From positions 1-47,674 of the IMG/VR virus record IMGVR_UViG_3300016657_000077: 47,674 nt of DNA; one strand, written 5' to 3'. The notes under the pieces were generated by a model. The model worked only from the letters and a program-made list of their open reading frames with translations, made no database searches and was not told the DNA's origin. A program made the position numbers and the translations under genes. The number at the start of each line of letters is the position of its first letter. Positions within the stretch are counted from its first letter, which is position 1. The stretch is from a virus. Lineage: Duplodnaviria > Caudoviricetes. Positions 18,347 through 28,983 of this stretch are shown in pieces.

Positions 18347-19405
18347 TCAAGTCAAATAACCAGGAGACGGCAAGGTAAAGTTCATGTGGATATGCAGTTT
18401 ATCCACCATAGGCGTTAAGCCATAGATGAAAGGCACATCCAAAGAACCAGACCAAACCAGCGAGGTGCTGCTTGCCCGGACAGTAATGGTACCAGTGGTA
18501 CCGATGTCCATCGCACCGTAACTAAATGGTTCGATATCTGCAATGGTCAAATGTGCATTTGTCGCACTGTTCAGATACGCTACTACATCAGCTTCAGTAA
18601 ATGGCTGTTCAACCAGGAAAGCAAGATCGCCATTACGACCCAGCATTGACAGCAAATAACGATTATAGAAAACCTCCACCCCACCATAGAAGTTGGAGTT
18701 TATGGCTCCAGAAACTATGATTCTGGTGTTTGAAAGATCATTGCCAGTTGGGTCAACCAACCGTGGCAGAGAGAATGTTACGTCAGTGCCAACAAGGACA
18801 CCAGCCGGCTCATTCGCTGCGATAATCAAACCCAATAGTTCGTCTCGACCTATGTAGGCTTGATCCGCTCCATATGATTGCGGATTTGGAAGAATACCCA
18901 GCATTATTTGCAGGATTAGATCATTAAGATCCATGGATCCTGCCAACACTGCTTGAAGAATTATCTCGCCTATCCACCCATAAGATTTGCTAGGATCGAT
19001 CTTAACCTTCAGACCAGTCCGCAAGACATCTGGCGGATACCGTGTATCTTCAATTTCCTCAGCAATAAGATCCAAACCCAATGCTTCATTAATCTGCGGT
19101 AAAATGCGCCGCGCATTAACAGGCAGGGTAGGAATCCTTACCTCCAGAATACTCCCCGGAGGTAAATGCTTCAGTACATTCAGGTTAAGTCGCGTATAGG
19201 AGAGCACCTGCTCTTCGAACTGACCATCCCAAATTAAAGGGGTAAATGTGACTTCCGTGTTCCGCTGAGCGCTATCTGGGGAGATTGATCGAGGTGGTGA
19301 AAACAGAAAGTCTTTGCCATAGTCCAAGTGCAGGTCGTTGGCAGTAAGCAGTTCTGTAACCAGTCGGTCAAGGCTCTTCCCAGAATAAGGTTTGATTCTG
19401 CTCAT
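18347..19405 (-). CDS. Virion structural protein, jumbo-phage tail/baseplate-attached family
   Basis: Two internal repeats (NTxV/I...YxRxxL...INxxxxxxLxxxxIE...SxxWxGxI/L) typical of phiKZ-like tail-associated proteins. Confidence 0.6.
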   Translation of the reverse strand: MSRIKPYSGKSLDRLVTELLTANDLHLDYGKDFLFSPPRSISPDSAQRNTEVTFTPLIWDGQFEEQVLSYTRLNLNVLKHLPPGSILEVRIPTLPVNARRILPQINEALGLDLIAEEIEDTRYPPDVLRTGLKVKIDPSKSYGWIGEIILQAVLAGSMDLNDLILQIMLGILPNPQSYGADQAYIGRDELLGLIIAANEPAGVLVGTDVTFSLPRLVDPTGNDLSNTRIIVSGAINSNFYGGVEVFYNRYLLSMLGRNGDLAFLVEQPFTEADVVAYLNSATNAHLTIADIEPFSYGAMDIGTTGTITVRASSTSLVWSGSLDVPFIYGLTPMVDKLHIHMNFTLPSPGYLT

Positions 19406-19463
19406 TCGGGTCTCTCCGACGAGGGTAGGAAGAACGCAGGAAAATAGTCATAACTATTACCGT

Positions 19464-20816
19464 TTAGCTGACAGGTGACTCCACAAAGAACGTTAGAATC
19501 GAACGTCGAACATAACGGCTATCTGTAAACCCTTGTCCTTCCATCGCCGTAAAATGATGCGCTTTCAATATCACCCCAATAGCACTAGAAACTACACCGT
19601 TACTCAAGTATAGAATATTAGCCAGCGTGCCTGGTAAAATAAGGGTTGGATCTGAATTTTCCCACACCAAGTTGAAAATTGCACCGCGCCGCTGTGCTAA
19701 CCGCGACAACTGCTTATAGCTGTTAGTCGTGATACGTTCTGGTGCGATGGGGGCGAAGGTCTTTTCCGTAGCTTGTTGATCAACCACAAACTCATTTGTG
19801 ATATCAACTTGCTGAGTTACCGATTTGTTATCTTCGGTGGTGAAGAATTCTCCCATGAACATATTTGCATTTGAAAAACGAGCGCCATTGCCAAAATTCT
19901 GCTCATTCGACTTGCGTGGGTCGTTGAACTTTATTTTTCCCGTCGCCAGAATGACTACATTATCGCCATTCTTCCGATAGGTTCTTTCTATTCCCGGCAT
20001 TTTATTCTCCGGGATGTTAACGATAGTCACTGCCCTTGTTGTTTGATTATAGCGCTTTACATCGTACGCCGGATAAATATACCAGTACCCTTGATAAAGG
20101 TAATAGCCCAAACCCGAACTGTAAATCCCGCCTACCTTTTCTTGTATGTAGTTCGGAACATCCACCAAACGGATACCTTGGGGGATAACGATGTGGTCAC
20201 GCACCTGGGTATTGTGTGCGGGGACCATATCCACCCCTTGCAGGGCGATCTTGTCATCCACTAAAATGCGGCGACTTTCATTGACCATCACTGTCTTCAG
20301 TACATCCTCGACAGTTGCTTTCCGCCATATTCCACCTAACATGGCAAATCGCAGCATTGCAGCAGCTTTATCCACTAACTGCATCTGGACGTCAATAAAA
20401 CCCCGACGGTTCATAGCTTCCTGCCCAGGTGCATTAGAAGCTGTGATATCTACCATCGGGTTACCGGTATCTACCAGTGTCGCTGCAAACCGTTCAACAC
20501 GTTGAGCACTGGCGTTGTTATCGCCTCCAATTTCCGACCGGGGGGACATTACAACGGAAAGCTCAAGGTTGCTACGATTCGGGTAGACTTGATATGCATA
20601 GTCACCAATCGGCATGGTGACTTTAATGAATATCTTGTCTGTATAATTGTTGACGTAATCGCGTTCAATATCAAACTCGATTACTTTAAAGGCTCGATAG
20701 TCTTGCTTCGAGGCCATCAAATGAATCACTGCGGCTAGGGCATAGTGGGTGTTATTCTCATTAGAGTTAGCAACCTTAAGCACCTCACGCCACAGCGATG
20801 TATTTTCTATCTCCAT
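19464..20816 (-). CDS. Virion structural protein (phiKZ gp101-like, probable baseplate hub)
   Basis: 450-aa ORF, GIYxxGLGYY and WENSDPxLIxPG motifs, synteny. Confidence 0.65.
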   Translation of the reverse strand: MEIENTSLWREVLKVANSNENNTHYALAAVIHLMASKQDYRAFKVIEFDIERDYVNNYTDKIFIKVTMPIGDYAYQVYPNRSNLELSVVMSPRSEIGGDNNASAQRVERFAATLVDTGNPMVDITASNAPGQEAMNRRGFIDVQMQLVDKAAAMLRFAMLGGIWRKATVEDVLKTVMVNESRRILVDDKIALQGVDMVPAHNTQVRDHIVIPQGIRLVDVPNYIQEKVGGIYSSGLGYYLYQGYWYIYPAYDVKRYNQTTRAVTIVNIPENKMPGIERTYRKNGDNVVILATGKIKFNDPRKSNEQNFGNGARFSNANMFMGEFFTTEDNKSVTQQVDITNEFVVDQQATEKTFAPIAPERITTNSYKQLSRLAQRRGAIFNLVWENSDPTLILPGTLANILYLSNGVVSSAIGVILKAHHFTAMEGQGFTDSRYVRRSILTFFVESPVS

Positions 20817-21412
20817 CGGAAGTCCTTAATGTCCTTGTATTCACCCAATACGTCACCAAAGCCTTCGCGTTTAGGTTTGTTCTGTTCTTCATCGTCGTCG
20901 TTTTGAACAACTGGGTCAGTTTTGAAGTTAACCCCTTTGAAGAACTTAGTCACGCCACCTACCGCTTTAGTGAAGGCGTCTTCCACTTTACCATTCGGGA
21001 AGAAGCGGTGTGCTGACGGATATACCCGACTAGCGAATTCATCAAGAATGATGAGATCATCCACAGGCGCATCCCCTACACCGAATTGTTCATTCAAGTA
21101 GTTAACCCATGTTTCCACGTGCTTATGGACAATCTCATAAATCTCTTTTGCATCTTTAGGATCTACGAGGTATACCGCAACCCCGTTAGCATGGTACTTG
21201 GCCATTTCGACGATAGGTACCATGCACATGATCAGCTGCTTACTGGCATTCTGATCATATTCCTTGTTCCGCGTTACCATTACGCCGTGCTGTGCGATAT
21301 GCCCAATGCTACGTCGAGCCAAATCGTTTACGCGAATAGCGAACAGTTTGTGGAATAAGTAATAAACGGTGTCCCGGTCTTCAGGGGCAACCCAGGTACC
21401 TTTACTCGTCAT
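20807..21412 (-). CDS. Conserved jumbo-phage protein (phiKZ gp100-like)
   Basis: IYExxxxH...APxDDLxxLDxFA motif, synteny. Confidence 0.65.
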   Translation of the reverse strand: MTSKGTWVAPEDRDTVYYLFHKLFAIRVNDLARRSIGHIAQHGVMVTRNKEYDQNASKQLIMCMVPIVEMAKYHANGVAVYLVDPKDAKEIYEIVHKHVETWVNYLNEQFGVGDAPVDDLIILDEFASRVYPSAHRFFPNGKVEDAFTKAVGGVTKFFKGVNFKTDPVVQNDDDEEQNKPKREGFGDVLGEYKDIKDFRWR

Positions 21413-21427
21413 GACCTTTCCCTTTTC

Positions 21428-22780
21428 TTAAATGGTTCTGACCAAATGTTTGATGAGGATGAGGAGGATAGGAAGGTAATAGAACTTCTCCATCCGGCCC
21501 CACTTATGGCTGGACTGTGCCAATTTCACCAGCATATCAAACGATGGCTGACTACCTTCCAGATAATCCATCACTTGTGCTTCGAGGATAGACATCTGAG
21601 TGCGGTCTTTCAGATAGAAAGCCTCACTGAGAATATAGTAGTCATCATCCAGCACTGGTTTGATCAACGGAATGGTGGATTCCCCGCCTTCCGTATTTGG
21701 TACCAGAACAGTATCTGTGTAAAAATCATTGGTATCGGCCAGCACGTTATCAGACAATGAGCCAAAATCTTTACCAGTATCCCAGCCTTGTTCCATTGCT
21801 GTTAGTGGGAACACGACAGCTTGTACGCCACTAAAGTAAACACCATCCAGTTTAGCCACTCGGCTAAATGTGTTGGTATTAGCAAGACCGACACGCTGTA
21901 CGCCATAGTCGAGACGATAAATATCCCGTTCGTATAGCGCATCCAGCAATGTTTGTTGTTCCATCCGCAAACTACATTCGCAGTTCAATACACGCAGATG
22001 AGAACTCAGATAGCTATCACGTACCGTCGTGAATTTAGCAAACAGCTTAGACACGAAGTGATCGTAAATAGGTACCGATTGACCAGGGATTGCCAGTACC
22101 ATGTATTCGCGACTCATGTAACGGGCAATGTATTCAGCCAATGAGTTCCGATAGAACTTGGTCAGCACATTCACTGCGTCGTACATCTCGGTCGTCACCA
22201 TTGGGTTCTGACCGTAATTTAAGAAGTCACGGATAAAGTGCAGAGTCTGTACCGTCTTCTTATTCAAGTCCCCTAGACGCTGTTCAGTAGCAAAGTCCAC
22301 GCTGATATAAGTGATTGCATGGACTGCTTCTTTGTAAATGCTTTTACGTTCAGAGGACGTTACTTGGAAGACAGCCAATCTACCGTCACCAATGTCAGCG
22401 ACAAACATGTCGCCTTCATTTGGAATCAAGCACGGATAGACGTTGGCGCCGCCGGACAGTTCCATCGACTTTTGTTCTGCATCTTGGGAGTGGGTCAACG
22501 GATCAGTGACCCGCAATTCCATACCTTTGATCAGACGATATTGCTGTAAGGGCCCTGGCATGTTCTGCTGTTGGGCTGCCAATTCACTGTCACGTGACAA
22601 TACTTGGCTATAGTAGTACGGTACTGTCCAAGCACGACCCTCAATATTGACATTGAGGTTCTGGCTGGATTCATACCGCGTGTCCACGACATTGGTATTC
22701 ACCGTCGGGGCAACGATTTTTACCGGAGTTGTTTCTTCTGGCGGGTAATCGTCAATCTGTTCTTCATCCAAAAGAGGCAT
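21428..22780 (-). CDS. Virion structural protein (phiKZ gp99-like)
   Basis: EGxxWTVxYYxQ, PNxGDMFxADIGDG, FYYxPILxxL motifs, synteny. Confidence 0.7.
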   Translation of the reverse strand: MPLLDEEQIDDYPPEETTPVKIVAPTVNTNVVDTRYESSQNLNVNIEGRAWTVPYYYSQVLSRDSELAAQQQNMPGPLQQYRLIKGMELRVTDPLTHSQDAEQKSMELSGGANVYPCLIPNEGDMFVADIGDGRLAVFQVTSSERKSIYKEAVHAITYISVDFATEQRLGDLNKKTVQTLHFIRDFLNYGQNPMVTTEMYDAVNVLTKFYRNSLAEYIARYMSREYMVLAIPGQSVPIYDHFVSKLFAKFTTVRDSYLSSHLRVLNCECSLRMEQQTLLDALYERDIYRLDYGVQRVGLANTNTFSRVAKLDGVYFSGVQAVVFPLTAMEQGWDTGKDFGSLSDNVLADTNDFYTDTVLVPNTEGGESTIPLIKPVLDDDYYILSEAFYLKDRTQMSILEAQVMDYLEGSQPSFDMLVKLAQSSHKWGRMEKFYYLPILLILIKHLVRTI

Positions 22781-22798
22781 GCTCTTTCTCCTACTACT

Positions 22799-24367
22799 TT
22801 AGCGAGAAGCCAACGAATAGGCTTCCACGGTTAGAGTTTGGCAACGATTATGGCGAATAGGGACAGAACCTGCACCCATCCAACCAGTTAGATCTAGTAC
22901 CAATTGATTCCAGTCATCGCGTCGAATAAGGTTACCACCCAACAACGGGGGTAGTTTACCATTAACGGCCAGATTTGGATTCAGCACATTGATGATGCTA
23001 ATGGCAGCTGGGCCATTGTTACGAGCCCGCTCAACGGCATCAGGTGATAGCAGAGAAAGATCTTCTACCAGACCTAAGCGCACATGATACTGCTTACGTG
23101 GATCTAGATCAAAATTACTGGTGACATTTAGATCAGCATCGATCTTCACATCCCGCCATGACAGTCGTTCGTACCCCTCGTACAGATCCAATGTGAACAT
23201 TGAATTGTAAGCCCGAGTCATAAACGGAGCTTCTACTGACATGAAATTATAAATCAGTTCAGAAAGTTTTACCTTGGTGTCGTCAGTACGGAAGTTAAAC
23301 AACGTACGTGGCTGCAGTGGATCCACTATTGACAATACTGTCATCAGCCGCATAGTATCGGTTGGTACTGAGTTTGGAATGAACTCATCAAAGTACGGAA
23401 TAGCATAGCCCTGCTGCTGCAGAATCCGCCAGTAATCGCGTTCACTTTCAAATGCACCAATGGCACGTTGAGACAACGATCGGTTGTTCAGGACGCGTTC
23501 TGAGGCGCCTGGATACTCTTTATCGGGGTCAGGACGATAACGCTTCGAAAGCAATTGCTGATGGATGATAATGGGATACACCATCCGAGCAGAAATGGGC
23601 TTTGAATACTTAAACGTATATGTGAAACCTACGTTCCAGTTAGTGGTCTCTCCTTCTCGATTACCTTCCTCAGGCATCTCCGGGAAATCAAACCAACCTT
23701 GCACGCGACCTTGCGTTTCTGGCATCACCAGAAGATCATTCTTACCCGCTTGATCCACAATAGTGGTCAGGCGTTCACTAGAGTGTTTCTTGAAGTACGT
23801 GTCGTAGTCTTCGCCATAGCCAAACTTATTCTCCCGCAGACGATGTAGTTCTTTGAGGATAAAAAGGAACTCCAATGGAATAGGGTAGTTATAGGTCAAG
23901 CTATGTAAACGCACTTCTAATCGCGCATCCAAACGCGCTAGCATTTCGTTGCGCCAGCGCTGGGCTGCAGTTTTATCTTCAGCACGATAACGGAAATTAA
24001 CCCGTACTTCCATCTGACGATATACAGGGCGAATGAAAATACCTAATGCGTCGTCCAAGAAGATATATGGCTGTTCCATACGGAAAGCATCTGATAACTG
24101 CGGACTATCTTCATCAGGCGATTCTGTTACCTCCAGAAACACTTTGCCATGTTGATTGAAAAGGGCAACATCATCGTTGTTGTCGATTTGATCACCTACC
24201 ATACCAGTCTTACCCGGCTGACTCGCTTTATTGATGTCGCCTGGATAGAAGATACGAGTGTCTTTAGGGATACCGGTCATGGTAAAGAGTTCACGTACCA
24301 CACCCAATACAGCTGGACGGGTAACCGAGTACTCAGTCTCCGGTAATCCGAGTATAACGCTAGGCAC
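22799..24367 (-). CDS. Virion structural protein (phiKZ gp98-like)
   Basis: 522-aa ORF, GTG start with AAGGAG SD, YPIIIHQQ motif, synteny. Confidence 0.7.
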   Translation of the reverse strand: MPSVILGLPETEYSVTRPAVLGVVRELFTMTGIPKDTRIFYPGDINKASQPGKTGMVGDQIDNNDDVALFNQHGKVFLEVTESPDEDSPQLSDAFRMEQPYIFLDDALGIFIRPVYRQMEVRVNFRYRAEDKTAAQRWRNEMLARLDARLEVRLHSLTYNYPIPLEFLFILKELHRLRENKFGYGEDYDTYFKKHSSERLTTIVDQAGKNDLLVMPETQGRVQGWFDFPEMPEEGNREGETTNWNVGFTYTFKYSKPISARMVYPIIIHQQLLSKRYRPDPDKEYPGASERVLNNRSLSQRAIGAFESERDYWRILQQQGYAIPYFDEFIPNSVPTDTMRLMTVLSIVDPLQPRTLFNFRTDDTKVKLSELIYNFMSVEAPFMTRAYNSMFTLDLYEGYERLSWRDVKIDADLNVTSNFDLDPRKQYHVRLGLVEDLSLLSPDAVERARNNGPAAISIINVLNPNLAVNGKLPPLLGGNLIRRDDWNQLVLDLTGWMGAGSVPIRHNRCQTLTVEAYSLASR

Positions 24368-24419
24368 AATAAGCTCCTTTACTAAACCTTGTCATAGAAT
24401 CCCTCAGTTTTCTCAATGA

Positions 24420-24452
24420 CGGCATAAGAGGAGAGAGTTTCCCCTCTCCTCT
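24420..24452 (-). terminator. Hairpin terminator
   Basis: AGAGGAGAG/CTCTCCTCT stem flanked by CGGCATA. Confidence 0.7.
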
Positions 24453-24470
24453 GTTTAGCTTAATTAGACA

Positions 24471-25859
24471 TTAAGCAGCAGCTTCTTCTTTCTTGTCTTC
24501 AGCGCTGGCAGCTTCAGCTTTCATGGACTGGGCAATAACCGCCATCACCCCACGTACAACTACCATGGCGTGCTTCTGAACTGAAGAGATCGGCTCTTTA
24601 GACCACTTGGCGAACGACAGATTGAGGGACAGTGCGTTCTTGATGATCGCATTGCCTGTGTCACTACCTTCGATGCCTTCAGCGCGAATTTTATCCCAAG
24701 CTTCAGCAGCTTTCTTGGAATTAACTTCGATATCTTCACGCGCTGCCTTGATGATCTTCGGACCTTCGCCGCGCGAAAAGCCCTCGATGGCATCCAGGAT
24801 GTCTTCCAGGTGTGCAACGATGTTGCCAATTTGTTTGGCATCGAAGCGACGGAACGACACACTAGTCGGTGCGGTACCATCTGCCGAAGTGGCATCCAGC
24901 GTGATTTCGCTATTGCGAGCACGCTCGATCAGTTGCAGCCCCAGATCCTTGTCACCTTCACCGGTACGTTCAATAGAACGCGCAAACAGAGTTACGTTAC
25001 CGATCAGCGGAGCGCCGCGCTGAACAGTAAAGTTCGGCCAGCGTGGGTCTTTAACTGCCTTACCATTTGGCAAATTCTGCTGCAGCTTCACTGCTTTCAG
25101 AACTTCATCCAAGAAGGCGTCTTGGAAATCCATCAGATCACCGACAGACTTAGCTTCACCCATCTTGTCCAGACCACGCAGTGCAGTACAGATATCGCCA
25201 GACATGGCTTTCAGTTCACGTGGGCGATTCTCCATCGTCCAGCGAACAACTTCCGATAGGTCCTTCAGTGCATCCTGCAGACCAGCGCCATCTTTGATAG
25301 GCTTGTCATCTACCACGAAGAGCTTGGCGCCAGTCTTAACTTCAAACTCACCTTCCGAGGCAACACCCTCTTTGAGTTTGGCTTTCAGATCGGCCAGTGC
25401 TTTACGAGCACGCGGGACTTCACCAACCATGTTGTAGAAGAAACTGTCAATGCCGGCCCAGATCTTCTGCAACATCGCCAAGATGCCTTTCAGAATGTCA
25501 GCCGCCTTTTGACGCATACTGGCTGCAGACTCCATACCGGTTCGCGCCGATTCCATTGCTGGCACGATTTCTTCCGGCTCTACGTCGGTACCTGCAACGG
25601 CCATCTGACCAGCAGTAGCCATCAGTGCCGATTCCACTGGTGTGGCGGTTTCGATCTGATCTGCGATGATAGCCATATCTTCCAGGCCATCAGAAACTTC
25701 CAGTAGACGTTCGGCAGATACCAGTTCTTCACTGGACTCTTCGTCGCACTGGCGTGCTTCATCGGCCATTACGTCGGCTTCTTCCAGAGAGATCTCCAGA
25801 GGCTTAAATGTCGATTCTTCTTTGCGGGTTTCCATACCCGCACGCAGAATGTGACGCAT
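24471..25859 (-). CDS. Internal head protein (phiKZ gp93-family paralogue)
   Basis: Acidic propeptide, DGLEDxAxIA, AMES/GMES protease sites followed by amphipathic helix. Confidence 0.75.
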   Translation of the reverse strand: MRHILRAGMETRKEESTFKPLEISLEEADVMADEARQCDEESSEELVSAERLLEVSDGLEDMAIIADQIETATPVESALMATAGQMAVAGTDVEPEEIVPAMESARTGMESAASMRQKAADILKGILAMLQKIWAGIDSFFYNMVGEVPRARKALADLKAKLKEGVASEGEFEVKTGAKLFVVDDKPIKDGAGLQDALKDLSEVVRWTMENRPRELKAMSGDICTALRGLDKMGEAKSVGDLMDFQDAFLDEVLKAVKLQQNLPNGKAVKDPRWPNFTVQRGAPLIGNVTLFARSIERTGEGDKDLGLQLIERARNSEITLDATSADGTAPTSVSFRRFDAKQIGNIVAHLEDILDAIEGFSRGEGPKIIKAAREDIEVNSKKAAEAWDKIRAEGIEGSDTGNAIIKNALSLNLSFAKWSKEPISSVQKHAMVVVRGVMAVIAQSMKAEAASAEDKKEEAAA

Positions 25860-25889
25860 TGTCTTTTCCTTTGATTTCAGTATGGGTTA

Positions 25890-27260
25890 TTATTCGGCTT
25901 CGACTTCTACTTCGTCGGCGTCGGCTTCAGCACTGAGATTGCCTTTGATCTTTTCTAGGCCAGCATGGCTCATTTGAGTCAGTTGGAAACCAACATCACC
26001 AGCATGTTTGAAGATCGGCTGAATCGGGGTCTTGACCATGGATGCGAACGAAACAGAAACGTTAGCGGCTACCTTGAGCAGGGCTTTCTGCTCTTCAGTA
26101 ATTTCGTTGGTTTCTTTGTACGAAGTAATGATCTTGATGATGGACTCATCAATACGCTTAGTTACTTCTTGTAGTTCTTTCGGGAAAGCAGAGCGATTGA
26201 AATGCTCAACGATGTCGGCAATTTCAGTCACCATATCCAGCAGCTCATAGCACTCGCTCAGTTCAAATGCATCAAATCTGATTTCAGTCGGAACTACTTT
26301 GGTCTTCAGATTGGTATCTTCAACCACGATAGTTGAAGTACGAGCCGCTTCCAGTTCAGCTGCCATGTCGCCTTTATTGCGGGCAATCATGTCATGTTGC
26401 ACCAACGACACACCGCAGAACAGCGCGGCACCGACATAGGTGGTCGAGGACGGACGACGAGCGGTACTTTCTTTGTGGCCAGGGAACTTAGCTTCATGAC
26501 GCAACGCTGCAGTCAGATCTTTGGCAAAGCCTTCGATATCATCCTGTTTGTAATCAGCATAGGCCTTAGCGATGCCTTCACCTACCTTCAGCAGACCCTT
26601 GGCATAGTCTTCAGCTACCCATTTCAGAGTTGCCAATTCATCAGCCACTACTTCTTTCAGATCTTTGAAGTTAGTGATTTTGCGATCACCAACGATGAAG
26701 AAGTCAGTCGACCAAGTGAACTTGATCGGAGTGGCTTTTTCTTTGGCGTACTTGTCGAGTTCACCACGGATCTCATCCACGTGGGAGCGCAGCAGCGGTA
26801 CAACGCCGACGTTCTTGCGGAACCATTCGGCAATGCTTTCGCGTACGCCAGCCAGAGCACCATGAACAGAGTCCCAGATAGCCTTGGCTTTTTCACGCAG
26901 AGTTTCAGCCATCTCCATGCCGACACGACCATGGGCTTCCATAGCCGGAACGATCTCAGTGGCATCAACATCAGTACCAGCCACAGCCATTTGGGCCGAA
27001 GCATTGATGAGGGCGGCTTCAACCGGCGTAGCGGTTTCGATGTTTTCGGCAATCACAGCCAGGTCTTCCAGACCATCGGACATCTGCAGCATGCGTTCCA
27101 TGTTACGCATGTTGTTGTCAGATGTAGTTACTTCAGCCTGGGCATCGTTCACCATCACTGCAGCTTCAGTAGGGTCGATATTCAGCGGCTCAACCTGTTG
27201 TTCGGCTTCGACTTCTACAACCTGGTCTTCTTCCATACCAAGACGGAGCAAATTACGCAT
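25890..27260 (-). CDS. Internal head protein (phiKZ gp93-family paralogue)
   Basis: Propeptide highly similar to 24471-25859 (SDGLEDLAVIA, QMAVAGTDV), AME/GME sites. Confidence 0.75.
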   Translation of the reverse strand: MRNLLRLGMEEDQVVEVEAEQQVEPLNIDPTEAAVMVNDAQAEVTTSDNNMRNMERMLQMSDGLEDLAVIAENIETATPVEAALINASAQMAVAGTDVDATEIVPAMEAHGRVGMEMAETLREKAKAIWDSVHGALAGVRESIAEWFRKNVGVVPLLRSHVDEIRGELDKYAKEKATPIKFTWSTDFFIVGDRKITNFKDLKEVVADELATLKWVAEDYAKGLLKVGEGIAKAYADYKQDDIEGFAKDLTAALRHEAKFPGHKESTARRPSSTTYVGAALFCGVSLVQHDMIARNKGDMAAELEAARTSTIVVEDTNLKTKVVPTEIRFDAFELSECYELLDMVTEIADIVEHFNRSAFPKELQEVTKRIDESIIKIITSYKETNEITEEQKALLKVAANVSVSFASMVKTPIQPIFKHAGDVGFQLTQMSHAGLEKIKGNLSAEADADEVEVEAE

Positions 27261-27286
27261 TTTTAAATCCTTTTCGATCAGCCAGC

Positions 27287-27324
27287 AATAATGGAGAGTG
27301 GGGTTACCCCCACCCTCCGTTATT
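27287..27324 (-). terminator. Intergenic hairpin
   Basis: AATAATGGAGAGTGGGG/CCCCACCCTCCGTTATT imperfect stem. Confidence 0.6.
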
Positions 27325-27338
27325 ATAGCGGCAGGTGA

Positions 27339-28859
27339 TTACTTGGCTTCAGCAGCTTTGTACTCTTTCAGGGACAGTTGTGCCCAGTCCAGGTACGCGC
27401 GGCAGGTGCTGGTAGCATAGCCATAGTACTTAGCCGGCAGACCTTGCAGTAGCTCAACAGCCTTCGAGGCCAGACGTGCGGTGGCATTGCGAGCACTTTG
27501 ACGATCAGTCAATGCTTTACCAGCAGTTTCGACATCAACCTTCGTACCGGTTTTACCAGACTTGGCGTTATTGTAACCTTCTTTAGCGCCTTCAGCAAAG
27601 GCCTCAGCAAAGAGACCAACGTTGGATTGCGACAGTTTCTTGGCACTGGATTGCAGCGACTTAGCGATCGGATCGAACTTGTTGGCTTCTTTGCGATACT
27701 CGATCATGATGTTCGCAATTGCGATGGTATCGTTGGCCAGACGGATGATTTCGTCTTTAGACAGTACCTTCAGCTTACCGGAAGCTTCGCCACCACCATG
27801 GACCAGAGAAGCAGTCTGTTGAGATTGGGCAACTGCATCAGTGGTTTCAGAAGCCAGGATTTCCAGATGAACGCCGCCCGGCAGTTCTTCGGATACCAAC
27901 AGCTGGAAGCCGTCTTTGTCGCTCTTACCTTCTTTCATGCCTTTAACACCGGCGAACGAAGACAGAATGCTGTAGCTCAGATCAGCCGGTGCTTTGTTGG
28001 AAGCACATTCTGCCATGAACTCAGCGATAGCCTTACCGCCTTTTTCGGTGATAGTCGGCCAGGCGCCATTGATGCCTTTGGCAATAGTCTCTACTTTGGT
28101 CAGACCATCCAGTGCCGGCTTGCCACCAACAGAAACGTTCTTCACCAGACTGTCGCGCTCGATTTCGTCGTTAGCAGCCTTCTTGTCACCCAGGCTTTCA
28201 GCAGCAGCTTTCACGGATTCAGCACGTGCTTTTACTTTCTCGCCAGCAGCGAACATTTTCAGCAGGTAGCTACGCACCCACTCGTAAGCGCGGTTGATTT
28301 GTTCCAGAATACGTTGCCAAAGTTTCTTGACCTGCTCACCCAGGGATTCCATGGACAGGCGGGTAGCGTTCTGGCGGGAAGCAACACCACCGAAGGATTC
28401 CAGACCCGGCATTACGCGGCGGGTAGCCGGCATGCCAACGGATTGCAGCAGATAGTCAGCGTGACGAGTAGCGAATTGAGCCGCATCGCGGTTCATACCG
28501 CCGCTTTCCATGGAAACGGACATGTCCAGAATCAGGGATTCCAGAGCTTCATGTACTTCCAGAGCATGATCAACTTCTTCTTCCTGTGCAGCGCCTTCAA
28601 CTTCAGCATCCTGGATCTCGATCAGTTCGGCTTCCAGGGTGTCGGCAGCCGGCTCTTCGATTTCAACTTCTTCCTGAACTACAGCGTCGTCAGCACCTTC
28701 GGCAACTTCGGCAGTTTCAGTAACTTCAGCGGTTTCACGAGCTTCACGTTCATTTTGTTCACGAGCGGAGGCTTCTTCTTCGCGGCGGCGTGCATCTTCT
28801 TCAACGGTCTCGTCGGAGAGCAGACCTACTCGCAGGTTGGTTTTAAACAGAGAACGCAT
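27339..28859 (-). CDS. Internal head protein (phiKZ gp93-family)
   Basis: Glu-rich propeptide, ALES, SMES, GLESF, SMES sites then KKLWxxI helix; strong codon bias. Confidence 0.75.
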   Translation of the reverse strand: MRSLFKTNLRVGLLSDETVEEDARRREEEASAREQNEREARETAEVTETAEVAEGADDAVVQEEVEIEEPAADTLEAELIEIQDAEVEGAAQEEEVDHALEVHEALESLILDMSVSMESGGMNRDAAQFATRHADYLLQSVGMPATRRVMPGLESFGGVASRQNATRLSMESLGEQVKKLWQRILEQINRAYEWVRSYLLKMFAAGEKVKARAESVKAAAESLGDKKAANDEIERDSLVKNVSVGGKPALDGLTKVETIAKGINGAWPTITEKGGKAIAEFMAECASNKAPADLSYSILSSFAGVKGMKEGKSDKDGFQLLVSEELPGGVHLEILASETTDAVAQSQQTASLVHGGGEASGKLKVLSKDEIIRLANDTIAIANIMIEYRKEANKFDPIAKSLQSSAKKLSQSNVGLFAEAFAEGAKEGYNNAKSGKTGTKVDVETAGKALTDRQSARNATARLASKAVELLQGLPAKYYGYATSTCRAYLDWAQLSLKEYKAAEAK

Positions 28860-28983
28860 GTGGTGTTACTCCTATTGCAATAGGGATTTGAAAATTGAGT
28901 ACCCGCGCGGTACGGTTAAGAACCAACACCCACGACCGAGTTATCGACCGTGGGCGGTGATAGCTATACTATTTACAACTAAC

